The notes under the pieces are model-generated. The model did no database searches, was not told the origin of the DNA, and saw only the letters and a list, made by a program, of their open reading frames with translations. Positions 51,099-63,200 of a DNA stretch of 64,000 nucleotides are shown piece after piece (within the stretch, counting starts at the first letter, position 1; each line of letters starts with the position of its first letter). Location: the NCBI RefSeq assembly GCF_036365525.1, contig NC_090404.1:8618001-8682000 (forward strand). Direction: 5' to 3'. This stretch comes from Heterodontus francisci (taxonomy: Eukaryota). Both the position numbers and the translations under genes were made by a program.

Positions 51099-52849
51099 GG
51101 CCATTTCACAAATCTCTGAAAGTATCATTGGTAAAAACCTGAAGAAATTGCCCCAGACCATTAAATCACTGCTTCATTCTTTATTCCTCGTTTAAATGAT
51201 CGGTTGGACTTCGGACTCTGTGGATTTTTCTTATCTGTTTCTCACTATTTCTGCATTCAGACAATGAAATGTGTTGTCTTGGTGATTCTCAAAGTTAAAT
51301 ACCTTCAGTTAATCGATCCGAATCTACCACTGAGACAAAAGGAAAACGTGAATTCCAACATTCTGTTTGAAAAATCCATTCGTGTGTGAGATAATCGTGG
51401 CTATAATGTTTGACAGTTGCTTGACTATTTCAGATGCATGTAAATAAAGTTTCTCATTCCTTATTTATACTTGTTCCCTTCCCTTTATCTTGAGTCTTTG
51501 TTTTTCCCGGAGCCTGGGGCCTATGTGACACAGAGACACGAACACACACAAAACCTTGGAAAGGTTCACAGAGACTGGGGCCCCAGGACATTGCAAAAAG
51601 CGCAAACTCTGGCATTTATTCACATAGACTGGGGCTGATCTGACAAATCTATCTCTGCCACAATCTCGCACCTTCCCCCCTCATATCCATGGCCTCCTTC
51701 CCTCTCATCTCATTCACCGTATCCTTAATTTCTCCCCGGGCTCCCGTTGAACCTCGGCTCGGGTAGCTCAGAAGGTATGAGATCACTTTAAGAGGCCGGA
51801 GTTCACCCCCGCCACCGGGGTCACAGTCCTGGGTCACGAACCACATTCAGCACAAGCAGAAGTTCTTCATCACTGAACGGAGGATGATGACGCCCCTTGA
51901 CCCGGATTGAATGTGAGAAACAGCCCATCGCGGCGCTGTGACATAAAACAGGATTGTGACGTCTTCCGCGAGAGGGCAAACCGGTGGCCATCTTTGTTTG
52001 GCTGAAAACACTGTAAATGTCTTCCGTTTCTGTCTATAAATCACCTTTATTGAAAGGAACAGTGACTTAAGTTTTCATTAAAGAAGCCGTTCGATCTAAA
52101 AGGATAAACGCGAATGTTTGGTCAAGGGACACTTTTAAATAATTGTCCTTAAAGCGGTTGGGGTGATGCGCATGTGCGGCCCGTTCTCCCAGAGAGCAGC
52201 ACGGTCCGTACTGCAGATGGGGGCCTTTCACAGCCGCTGTGAATTGTGGGAGAAGCCACCCTCAATCACCCAATTATTAACTGAGTGTTTGCAAATCCAC
52301 AATAAAAACAGGAAGTGCTGGTGATACTCAACAGGTCAGGCAGCATCGGTGAAGAGAAAAACAGAGTTAACGTTTCAGGTCTCTGACCTTTCATCCTCCT
52401 TCCAGCAGGGACCTGCCCAGGCTATTGGTCCAGAAGGACTGCGGATGTCTGTTGAACGGAGAATCTCTGATTGGACAAAGAATCCTGGAAATCCCAGGAG
52501 GTGTTCATCAACGCAAACGGGAAAGATGGATTCGAACAAAGAAAAAAAAAGAAACTTTACTGGTCCCTGTGAAAACCGGCGCACAATATATTTAACCTGT
52601 AGGGTGAGACACGACTAAGCAAAATATACATTTTTATGGAAAGAATCACTTTATGTACTCAGAAAGAAGTGAGAATGTGGAGTAAATGCAGGATTAATTT
52701 AATAGAGGAAACGAATAGGAGATGAGAAAAGAGCAATGCTGAAGGGTGTGAGTAGGAAAAGGAAAGTGCAGACTGAATGAGCTTAATGAAGTTTTGCTGC
52801 ACGGTAAAATTCTACGATTAATTGAAATTGAATATTTATACACTTTTGC

Positions 52850-53243
52850 CATGCTCTATATCACTGCGTCTCTGCCATTCACACCATGTGCAGGTTTTTG
52901 TTCAGCTCTCTCCGTGCTCTGTATCACTGTGTGTCTGTAATCTACACTATGTTCAGGTTTTTGTACAGCTCTCTCCGTGCTCTGTATCACTGTGCTGTAA
53001 TCTTCACTATGTTCAGGTTTTTGTACAGCTCACTCCGTGTTCTGTATCACTGTGTGTCTGTAATCCCCGCCAAGTTCAGGTTTTTGTACAGCTCTCTCCG
53101 TGTTCTGTATCACTGTGTGTCTGTAATCCCCACCACGTTCAGGTTTTTGTACAGCTCTCTCCCTGTTCTGTATCTCTGTGTGTCTGTAATCCCCACCATG
53201 TTCAGGTTTTTGTACAGCTCTCTCCCTGTTCTGTGTCACTGTG
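52850..53243 (-). repeat. Tandem array of six 23-RSS (60-63 bp period) plus a decayed seventh unit
   Basis: Plus-strand GGTTTTTGT-23-CACTGTG: nonamers at 52893, 52956, 53016, 53079, 53142, 53205; heptamers at 52925, 52988, 53048, 53111, 53174 (CTCTGTG), 53237. Confidence 0.95.
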
Positions 53244-53549
53244 CTGCGCGCCGACTCAGTTCACAGTAATACACAGCGGAGTCGCTCAGTTGCAGATTGG
53301 AGATTTTTAACCGGCTGATTTTCTCGGCAGGATCGATAGAAGCAGAAATTCGTCCCCCGGCTGCGGTTTCTTTATTATCCGCTCCTGAAGTTTGTATCTG
53401 AAGCAGGTATTTCGGAGCCTGCCCTGGGGACTGACGGTACCAGTGTACTGTGTACTGACAGAACCCTGAATATTCGCAGCTTAAAGTAACGGTGTCACCG
53501 GCAGCAGAGGTTTGCAGAGGCGGGCTCCGGGACACCAGGGAACTGGAAT
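53244..53549 (-). CDS. NAR-TCR supporting TCR V-delta (leaderless, CDR1 Cys)
   Basis: CCTGCAG acceptor; DSSSLVSRSPP..VTLSCEYSGFCQYTVHWYRQSPGQAP..DSAVYYCELSRRA; perfect 23-RSS; no ATG leader seen upstream; phase matches the J donor at 58916. Confidence 0.9.
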
Positions 53550-55039
53550 CTGCAGGATAAAAATGAATATTATCAATGTTTAGCCGGCGTTTACGCGGAG
53601 AAACTTGTCAATCGCAGGAATAGTTCTTTTTTTCGCGGTAATTTGCGTAATTTGACGCCTGTTCGAAATGTATTCACCGTTACTGAGATATGAACCAGTG
53701 CGGAGATGATGTGTATTTTATTTTGCACAGGGAGTTGTTCTGATCTGGAATGCAATGTCAGAATGGGTGGTAGAAGCAGATTGATATTAACTTTCAAACG
53801 GGATATGGATAAATGTTGGACCAGGAAAATGCACGGGTCATGGAGGAAAAGCAAGGGGGAATGGGAACAATTGGACAGCACCGACAAAGACGATGGGCCG
53901 AATGACATCCCTCCATGTTGTCTGATTCAATGATTCTATTGAATTTCTGTGTCTATTTTTCTTGGTGGAAGGCAAACTGGAGGAAACATTTTAATATCAG
54001 TGAGAGAATCACTTTACAAAAACTGTCAGTCCGAGAGTGTTATTTCAGTACGCACAGTAAGATCCAACAGAGAGCAATGAAATTCATCAGCACAGATTGA
54101 GCGAAACTGACAGTGAACATCAAAGGTCATTCGTTGACAACAGTTCAACACTACATGAGAGCTCATTGTTGCCTTTCACTCTATTTGTCTAGTTTCTTGC
54201 ATCAAAAGGGCCCATTTGTCTCTATTTCCCTCTAATTTGAAAAAAAAATGAAGTTAGTTTCATTTTATTTCTACATTTACTTTGTGCTGTTTGCGGTTCT
54301 TGCCATCATGGGAACTTGTCCCGAAGTCTCTCAGTTGTCAGTTGGGTTCAGTTTGTGCTATTTCCGCAGTGGTTTTACTGTTACTGACTGGGAACTGGCT
54401 CTTCTGGATCACTGACAATTTCAATTCCTTCAGCCCATTGGATAATTCACTCCTGTGTTCTCCAAGCGGAGTTTTCTCTGAATTTTATTTTGTACAGAAT
54501 CTGCAGAGCAGGAACAGGCCATTCGGCCGAACCGTTCTATACCAGTGTTTGTACTCCACACAAGCCTCCCGCGCCCGGACTCTAATTAACCATTTCCACC
54601 CTGAACCCTCTGTCCCTCTATTCATTGCTTCCTCCTTTTTTTTTCAAGTCGGCCCATAAATGCATCAATCCGATCGACTCCAACCACTCCATGTGGCAGC
54701 GAGATCCACATTCTGCCCTGTCTCTGGGTAAATGAATCCTGCTTAATTAATTTATTCCGTCAGTGACATCATATATGAATGTCTCCTTATTCCGGATTCA
54801 CCCACAGAAAATAGTTTCTCCATATCCAGCAGCCCATAATTTAAAAATGTCCATGAAGTCTCATTATTTTTCTCTGTTTTCCAGGGGAAAGAAGCCCAGC
54901 CTGTTCAAACATTCCAGATGGTTGTTGATTTTTTTCAGGATTTCTCAGTTTTTCAGGAGGAATATACGTTCCTCTAAGATTCAAAAACCCAACAGGAAAG
55001 ATGAATTAACCATGACTAACAAAACAAGTTAAAGATTAC

Positions 55040-57340
55040 ATTAGATCAAAGGAGGTGGCTTAAAGGATTGCCAAAAAAGTGTTAAACCCGAGGATTGGGA
55101 GCAATTTCGAATCCAGCAAAAGATGAGCAAGAAACAGGGAAAAGAATATGAATGCAAGCTCGTGAGAAACATAAAGGCAGACTGTAAAAGCTTCTCTAGA
55201 TATGTGAAAAGGAAAAGATCAGTAAGGATAAAACTGGGTCCATTACAAGCGGAGACAGGAGAATTTATGACGGAGAATAGGAAAATAGCAGAGAAACTAA
55301 ACAATTACTTTCTGTCTCTATTTACGAGGAAGATGCTGAAAATCCCCCAGAAATACTAGGAAACCAAAGGACTTGTGAAAATGAGGAACTTAAATGCCGT
55401 AGTATGAATAAAGAGGTAGCACTCGAAAAATAAACTGGATTGAAGGTTGATCTCTCTGGACCAGATGAGCTACATCCCAGAGTGTTGAATATTTATCTAT
55501 TTTTATATTTAGAGATACAGCACTGAAACAGGCCCTTCAGCCCACCGAGTCTGTGCCGACCATCAACCACCCATTTATACTAATCCTACATTAATCCCAT
55601 ATTCCTACCACATCCCCACCTTCCACCTATGCTAGGGACAATTAATAATGCCCAATTTACCTATCAACCTGCAAGTCTTCGGCTGTGGGAGGAAACTGTG
55701 GGAGCCCCCGGTGAAAACCCACGCGGTCACAGGGAGAACTTGCAAACTCCACACAGGTCGTTGGAGCTGTGAAGCTGCAGTGCTAACCACTGCGCCACTG
55801 TGCCGCCCAGTTGAAGGAGGAGGCGACAGAGATTGTGGATGGTTTGGTGATTATCTTTCAAAATTCTATAGATTCTGGAAAAGTTCCCGCAGACTGGAAA
55901 GTAGCAAATGTAAACCCGTTGTTTAAGAAAGGAGGGAGAGTGAAAACAGGGATCGAGAGACCTGTTAGTTTGACCTCAGTAGTAGAACAATGTTAGAATC
56001 TATTATAAAGGATGTGATAACTTGTTATTAGAAAATAACGTTATGATTGGGGAGAGTCAACATGGATTTATGAAAGGGAAATCATGTTTGAGAAACCGGT
56101 TGGAGTTTTTTTTAGGAGTTTACTTGTAGCATAGATAAATGAGAACCAGTGGATGTGTGCATTTGGATTTTTAGAAAGTTTTTGATAAGGTTCAACACAG
56201 GAGATTATTAAGCAAAATTAGAATGTGGGATTGGGGGTAATACACAGGAATGGATTGAAAATTGGTTAACAGAGACAAAACAAAGGATACGAATAAATGG
56301 GTCATTCTCAGGATGACAGGCTGTGACTGGAGGGGTACCGCAAGGATCCGGGCTGGGCCACAGCTGTTCACAATGTATATAAATGATTCGGATCTGGAGA
56401 CCACATATAATATTTCCACATTTGTTGATGACACAAAAATAAGTGGGAATGTAAGTTGTGAGGATGATGCGAGGAGGCTTCAAGCGATCTTCGGTGAATG
56501 GGCAGGAACTTGGCCAATGGAACATAATGTGAATCAGTGTGAAGTTATCCACTTTGGTGGATAAAATGGATTTTTAAAAAAACAGAAAGACAGAGTATTT
56601 GTTAAATGGTTAGAAGTTGGGAAGTGTGTTTTCCAAAGGGACCTGGGTGTCCTTGTTCATGAGACACTTAAAGCTAGCATACAGGTGCAGCAAGCAATTA
56701 GGAAGGCACATGGTATGTTGGCCTTCATCGCAAGGGGTTTTGAGTACAGGAGTAAAGGCGTACAACTGAGATCGTACCTGGAGTATTGTGTACAGTTTTG
56801 GTCTCATCTTAGAAAGGATAGTCATTCCGTATAGGGAATGCAACGGAGGTTCGCCAGACTAAACCCTGGGATGGCGGAATTATCCTATGAGGAGAGATTG
56901 AGAAAAGTGGGCATGTATTCTCTAGAGTTTCGAGGAATGAAAGGTGATCTCACTGAAAATTGCAAAATTCTTACAGAGCGTAACAGGATGGATGGAGATA
57001 GGATGTTTCCCCTGGCTGGTGTGTCTAGAACTAGGGGACTTAGTCTCAGAATAAGGGGTAGGCCATTTAAGACTGAGATGAGGAGGAATTTCTTCACAAA
57101 AAAAGTACTGTATTTTTGGAATTCTCTACCCCAGAGAGCTGTGGAAGGTCAATCATTGAGCATGATCAAGACATAAATCGATTGATTTCTGGATAATAAT
57201 GACATCAATGGATATGGGGAAAGCACGGGAAAGTGGCGTTGAGGTAAATGATCAGCCATGATGTAGTGGAATGGCAGTGCAGGCCCGATGGGCTGAATGG
57301 CCTACTCCTGTTCCAATTTCCGATGTTCCTGTATTCCTAT
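55040..57340 (+). mobile_element. Degraded CR1 LINE with nested HE1-like SINE (~55500-55808, minus)
   Basis: Fragmented RT ORFs; SINE flanked by GTTGAA. Confidence 0.82.
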
Positions 57341-57364
57341 GAATGTAAGAAATCGAAGCTGATC

Positions 57365-57900
57365 ATATAGGAACATCAGTAATAGGAGCAGGAGTAGACC
57401 ATTCCACCTTTCAAGTCTGCTGCGCCATTCAATAAGATCAAGGTTGATCATCTACTCCATCTTCCCGCACTATCCCTAGGTCCTTTAATTCATTTAGTAT
57501 CCACAAATCTATCGAACACTGCCTGGAATATACTCAGCCACTGGGCATCCACAGCTCCCTAAGGTATAGAATTCCACAGAGTCAGAACAGAAGTTTGAAT
57601 GAAGAAATTTCTCTTCTTCTCAGTTCTAAATGACGACCCCTTATTTTTGACTCTAACCCCAAGGTGTAGACTGAGGAAACACCGCCCCAACACCTACCCT
57701 GTCAAAGCCCTTCGGAAATTTATATGTTTAACGAGGTCATCTCTTATTCTTCGAAACACTACGAATATATGCATAGTCTTGTCAAACTTTCCTCATAGGA
57801 CTATCCTCTTATCCCAGGAATCAGTCTCGTGGACCTTTGTTTCACTCCCTCCAAAGCAAATAGATTCTTCCTTAAATAAGGTGATTAAACTGCACACCGC
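57365..57900 (-). mobile_element. CR1 LINE 3' fragment
   Basis: Reverse complement of the CR1 3' region (FFTQR-like motif, 3' UTR). Confidence 0.65.
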
Positions 57901-58916
57901 AGTACCCTGGAGAACACCAGAGTTCATCACTGCCCTTCCCTCCATAAACTTCACCCTGGTGTTGGATTGTACTTCGAATGGCTTCGTTTAATATTTCTAT
58001 CCATTTCGGTGAATTATTTTTTGCTGGTTCTAAATAGTTTGTCCTCCAGTCTGTACTTTTTCCCTTGAGTGTTCGTGATCTCCTTTCTCAGAACATTAGC
58101 ACCTCATCCTCAATCCCTCAGTGTCCAGTATTGTTTCAATTAACAGTTAGCAGGGTTACAGTTAAATTACTCCAATCCAATCTCTCAAACATCAATATTT
58201 AATATAGAGAATTATCTGGAACTGAAAACATTCGCATTTCAGTCTGAGGGCGGAAAAGGAGGGAAATGATTGGATGAAGGCAATTGAAATAAATTTCATC
58301 TACAATATAACTAATTTCAGTCACTGAATCCCAATAATAAAATGCCATCGGCACCTACAACAGGATCTCTTGTATCTGAAGCCTGTTTTGTCATGTTGCC
58401 GTTTTTCTGCTGCTGCAGATATCGGGCCGGCTGCTGTCGTATAGTGTTCACTCTCCCTCTATTCACATTGCCCGGCTCGGACAACAACCTCTCCCCCGGG
58501 AGAGAGTTCTGTGACCCCGCTCATGTGCTCACAGGCACAGTCACATGGAACACCGAGAGCGGGGTCGGAGTGTCGACAAACTGAGTTCATTTAGGAGTGA
58601 GGGAAAGAGAGTAAATCCGGAATGTTGATGGGATGCTCGGACATGCCCGTGAAACCAATGCTAATCCAGATGGAGTCAAAGCTACCCGGGCCAGACTGCC
58701 TGCTCTGTGGGGGTGTCACATCGACTCACTCGGGAATCACACCCGGACCCGACTCCTGGTTCATATTCTGTTCCCCAATCTAAAACTGCAATGGAAAAGC
58801 TCCATTGGAAACCGCTGTGTTTTAGTTTGAAGGGGATTGAAGTGTTACTGAAAACAATGATAAAGTGACAATGAGCATTTTACAGAGATGGCCTGTATGG
58901 GTTTGGAGTCACTTAC

Positions 58917-58980
58917 CGGCTGTGACAGTCACCACCGTCCCGGATCCATCTGCAGAATCATCCTTCCAGTAATTATATAC
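58917..58980 (-). CDS. NAR-TCR J segment
   Basis: VYNYWKDDSADGSGTVVTVTA G|GTAAGT; 5' RSS: heptamer 58981-58987 consensus, 23 bp, nonamer ACAAGAAGT 59011-59019. Confidence 0.9.
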
Positions 58981-59385
58981 CACAGTGACACCGCTACCAG
59001 TCACCCTGGTACAAGAAGTACCGACACCTCAATCTCCCAGCCGCACATCACCAGATAGTTGGTGATGCTCAATTATTCCAGGGGTTTTAAATCATTTCAC
59101 AATATTCCCTTGTTTCACAATCCATATCTGTTCAAACTGTTCTTTTTGAGACTCTGAGCTCTTAGTGAAATGGCCCAGGAACAGGGGCCGGATTTGGGCG
59201 CTTGATATAAAAGGAGAATAATGTCAATGAATAATGTCAAAGAAAGCGAACTGAAAGGAGGAAATTACAGTGAAATTAAACCAGATTACATCGATAATAA
59301 TATCAATCCTACAATTCAGGATCTGGACCTGGGGTATTTATATTTGGATTTTACAGAGGTATTTGCTCAGATCTCAAACACTGTG

Positions 59386-59399
59386 AATATCCCAGTAAA
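59386..59399 (-). other. NAR-TCR D segment (TTTACTGGGATATT) with 12/12 RSS
   Basis: Plus strand: GGTATTTGC-12-CACTGTG [D] CACAATG-12-ACAAAATCC (59358-59427); all three minus-strand frames are open. Confidence 0.9.
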
Positions 59400-59790
59400 C
59401 ACAATGTCTCAAGTCAGCACAAAATCCCCCGGTACCGGGTGAGATGTGGGGACATTAGTTTAACAGCGGAGACTGCGGTTCCCGGTTCCAGCTGATAGAT
59501 CAGGATCCCATCTGGTGTTAGGAATTTGGAACTGGGATCAGTCATTCCCAATCTCCATTCACTGACACAAAGCCCGGGAATGACATCACCATCCGCATAC
59601 ACTCGGTATTTATAAAACTCAAGATGTTAACGGAAACAATCCAATAACATTATAAACTAGACTGTGGGACGGACGGTGCGAGGGGGAACTGTGGGGTTTA
59701 ACGGCAGATTAACTCCGTTTTTTGATTTGTTTCTGTGATTATCTGCAGTGAGAGTTTTTGTACCGCGGGAAGCCGAGGCCCATCACTGTG

Positions 59791-60274
59791 TGTTCTTGTA
59801 CCTGTACTCAGCTTTACAGTAATAGGTGGCGGTGTCTTCAACTTTCACATCCCGAATTTCCAGAGAAAATGTCTTTTCTGCCTTATTCGTCCTCACAACA
59901 AATCGCCCTCCACCAGAGATCCGCTCCCGCTTGGTCCCGGTCTGGGTTTGTCTGAAGAAATATCCATTTCGGAATTGATAATTCCAATACCCACCTTCAG
60001 TGTAAACACAGGTGATGGTGAGAGACTGACACTCCTTCCTGGTCACCGCTGCCGGGGTCTGTGACACCGACTGACTGAAAGAGCCTGGAAATTAAACAGA
60101 GAGAGTTTAATGGGCCATCAGAGCCGAACCACACAACGAGGCTAAAATCCGAGACAGTGCCTATAATTCGGATGGACTCGGGCAGTTGATATTAAATCCA
60201 CACAATGTCGGTTTGTTTGATCGGTACTCACGGGGTAAACAGACACACAGGGTGAAAACAAGGAGGATTTCCAT
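59791..60274 (-). CDS. NAR-TCR V segment, intact (leader 60232-60274, V exon 59791-60084)
   Basis: MEILLVFTLCVCLP|GTGAGT; QSVSQTPAAVTRKECQSLTITC..GYFFRQ..RERISGGGRFV..KTFSLEIRDVKVEDTATYYCKA: IgNAR-like (short FR2/CDR2, ERIS.GGR), extra FR1 Cys; RSS CACAGTG, 22 bp, ACAAAAACT (59753-59790). Confidence 0.92.
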
Positions 60275-60296
60275 CGTTCTGCTGCCTGGAGCTGAT

Positions 60297-60310
60297 GGTT
60301 TATATGACGG
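60297..60310 (-). promoter_or_regulatory. TATA box with adjacent CRE half-site upstream of NAR-TCR V
   Basis: CGTCATATAAA about 25-35 bp upstream of the ATG; conserved at ~19237-19248 in the paralogue. Confidence 0.5.
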
Positions 60311-62519
60311 GGAGATGGAGAATGCAGCCCTGGACTGCTCTGGGAGACTGGACCTCAGAGCTGGACTGAAATACTGCAGGGCGTTCGAGTTGATTTGCAG
60401 AGGGCAGTATCCCGGAGATCATTGAAGGGCCGCACGGTTCCCGGGTCTCTGACTGTGATGTGTGAATAAGAGACAGGTTTAAAGAGGAAAGCTGCAGTTT
60501 TCGGTCACTTCATTGGGTCTGTGAGCCCGATGTGAAATCCCCTCCCACATTAGTCTGATGTACAGGGGGTGGGGTTGGGGGGGGGCGTGGTTTCTGTCAG
60601 CAGAAGCTGCCGCCCTCCTTTCCCCCACAGTAATGAGCTGGGAGGTCGCTCCATGTGTTTTTATTGAGTGGTGTTTGTTGAGGGTGGAATGTGGGCCCAG
60701 GACACCGGGAGAATCCCCCCTCCCCGCTCTTATTCCAATAGTGCCGGGGATTCTTTAACATCTCCCTGAACGGGCTGGCGAGGCCTCGGTACAACGTCTG
60801 ATCTGAAGGACGGAGCCTCAGACCCGGCAGCTTCCCTCAGTCCAGTAACTGGCGGTCAGGTTACAATATGAGACAGTCCAGTGACATTGTCAATATCCAG
60901 GCAGATATACACAATAGACACAAAGAATAAACTCTCCCTGTCATTTAAAGACATGCTTCCAGCAGTCTCCTCTTCTGTGGTTTGTATTTAAAACGATGTT
61001 TGACTTCAGTAATGATTGATTTCCAGGTCTGCAATATTCAGTTTCCAGTTGCAGTGACAGAGAATGAAGAGATACTCGGAAGGACAATGGACATCGGGGG
61101 AACTCTGTGCTTGGGACTTGTTTTAAAGATCACAGTCACTACCTTGTGCATTCCGTTTATTTTGTATAAACTGTCTCTGCCCCACTCTGATCAAATAAAC
61201 CTTGTGAACAGGCCGCGGTTAAAGGCTCCGGGAAACTGACGGGGAGACAGGGAAAGGGCTGCTCAGTACAAAAGTGGAGTTGTGGATCACAGCCCGGCAC
61301 ACACATGGCCAATGGTTTAATGGATCTCGCAGCACCTCCAGATGAGGCTGCCGCAGGGTCCTAATGTCCCCCTGAATACTAAACACTCATCTGCTTCATC
61401 GAAACATCATTAAAGACCACACACAAACTGTCTGCTTGATACATAATTTTTGCACATCAAGTATTTATCCAATTGCCTTTTACTTTTGAATGTTACAATT
61501 GAATCTACTTCCACTGCTCTGTCAAATAAACTCTTAGCATAAAATTGTTTTTCCTCATGTCTACATCAGCAAGTTGTATTTATAGAGCGGCTTTAACGTA
61601 ACGAAGCATCCCGTCTGCAGGTAGGGACAGAGATCTTGTTGAAATATGATTCTTGCAGAGGCCAATATTGCAGAGTTCTTAAGGCACCGTCTGTACTCGC
61701 ACTAACAGAGCAAGGAATATTAGGAATGTTAATAACACTCATGTTACTGCACAGCCCAATTTAAAGAGTTCACGAATCCTTGAAAATAATCTGAAGGAGA
61801 AATGATGAATGATTGAAGTTATTTCAATCCCCACTTCATGGAGGTTTTCATGAACTTGGTGAGGGAGCAGAGGAGATTTAATAGACTGTGATCAGCTGTG
61901 GGGAACTTGTGGAGAGGCTAGAGAAACCGCAGTTATTCTCTATATGTGACATAAGATTAAGGAGATTTAATTGTGAGGTTCAAAATTATATTGGGTTTTG
62001 ATATAATAGATCGTGTGTAACTGATTCCAGTGGCAGGAAGTTTGATATCCCAAGGACACAGATTTCAGGGAATTGCCACAAAAGACAGGGGAGAGGAGAT
62101 TTTTTTTAAAGGGCGAGTTTCATTATTTGGAATGTACAGCCTGAAAGGGTGGAGGAAGCAGATTCAATAGTAATTTTCAGAGAACTGTATATGTGCTTGA
62201 ACAGGGCTGTATGAGAGCATGGCAAGTAAGACTAAGGCGATAGCTCTTTCAAAGAGCCGGCGCAAATACGATGGGCCAAATGGTATCATTCGTGACTGTG
62301 TGATCCAATGTTTCTAGTCGCTTCATTTCTCCCGCAAGTCAGTTGTTCCCAGTCACCTAAACAGTGATCAGGTGCAGCCTGGCAACAGAATTCTGACATC
62401 CAACTATCTCCCTTTCCACTACATCAACATCCTCACTGCGCAATCTCTGCGGTTCCACAGAATCTTGAGTTCACTCAAACTGGAGTTGGCGGCAGCCCCG
62501 CCCACAGCTTTAGTTTGCT

Positions 62520-62550
<31 letters not shown>

Positions 62551-62695
62551 GACCTGCCTTGCCTGCCCCGTTTTGGAGATTGCTGTCGCTGTTCCTTGTT
62601 TAGTATTAAATCGGCAGTGCAGTGTGGCGAGGATCTGTCTTCCTGCTCCGACAGAATATTTCCCAGACTGCAGAGTTACAGACTCCGGGACCACC

Positions 62696-63200
62696 ATGTA
62701 GAACCGTCTCTCGCCGCTTCTCATTATTATATCACTTCTCAGTAAGTATTTGCTTCCCAGTAAAAATCCATTCTCCACAGAGCTGTTAATATGGGTGAAA
62801 TGATAGTGATGATGGTGTTGATGGTTAGATTGATCCATATAGTATTGATGCTCATTGTACTATTTTTTGTATGTTTGAATGGAGCCACCAAGACACAATA
62901 TAACAGCCGGTTCCTGAAATGATGGTTGAAGGGGAAAGTAATATCACACTAACGTGTACCATGAAAACAAGCATTTCTAAAACTTTGCATGTTCCCGTAC
63001 AGTCAGCACCCCGGGCAGCCTCCACAGTACGTGTTTTATCTCTATGGGGTGATAGTTCACCGGAACCCCGACTTCACTGAACGATCCTCTTCTACCTTCA
63101 GCAAAACTGCCAAGATTACCCAGCTAAAGATCCACAACTCCCTGATCTCTGGCACCGCTGTGTATTTCTGTGCCATCGGGTGCCATGAGCCCCACCCCGC
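62696..63200 (+). pseudogene. TCR V pseudogene, paralogue of the 8543 and 16323 Vs
   Basis: Leader ATG TAG (stop at codon 2); acceptor lost; ..GTAVYFCA..; RSS decayed. Confidence 0.8.

Noticed and set aside
52850-53243. CRISPR-like repeat array, and repetitive ORFs 52822-53310, 52886-53269, 53030-53239
   Set aside because: Vertebrate DNA with no unique spacers and no cas genes; the units are RSS duplications and the ORFs arise from the 60/63 bp period.
59655-59700. Possible additional D (GACTGTG-N5-GACGGTG), conserved at ~18603-18640
   Set aside because: No CAC-starting heptamer on the required side and no nonamers at 12/23 spacing.
60990-61140. Possible very old V remnant on the minus strand (LNIADLE..)
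   Set aside because: Too degenerate; no YYC motif or RSS.
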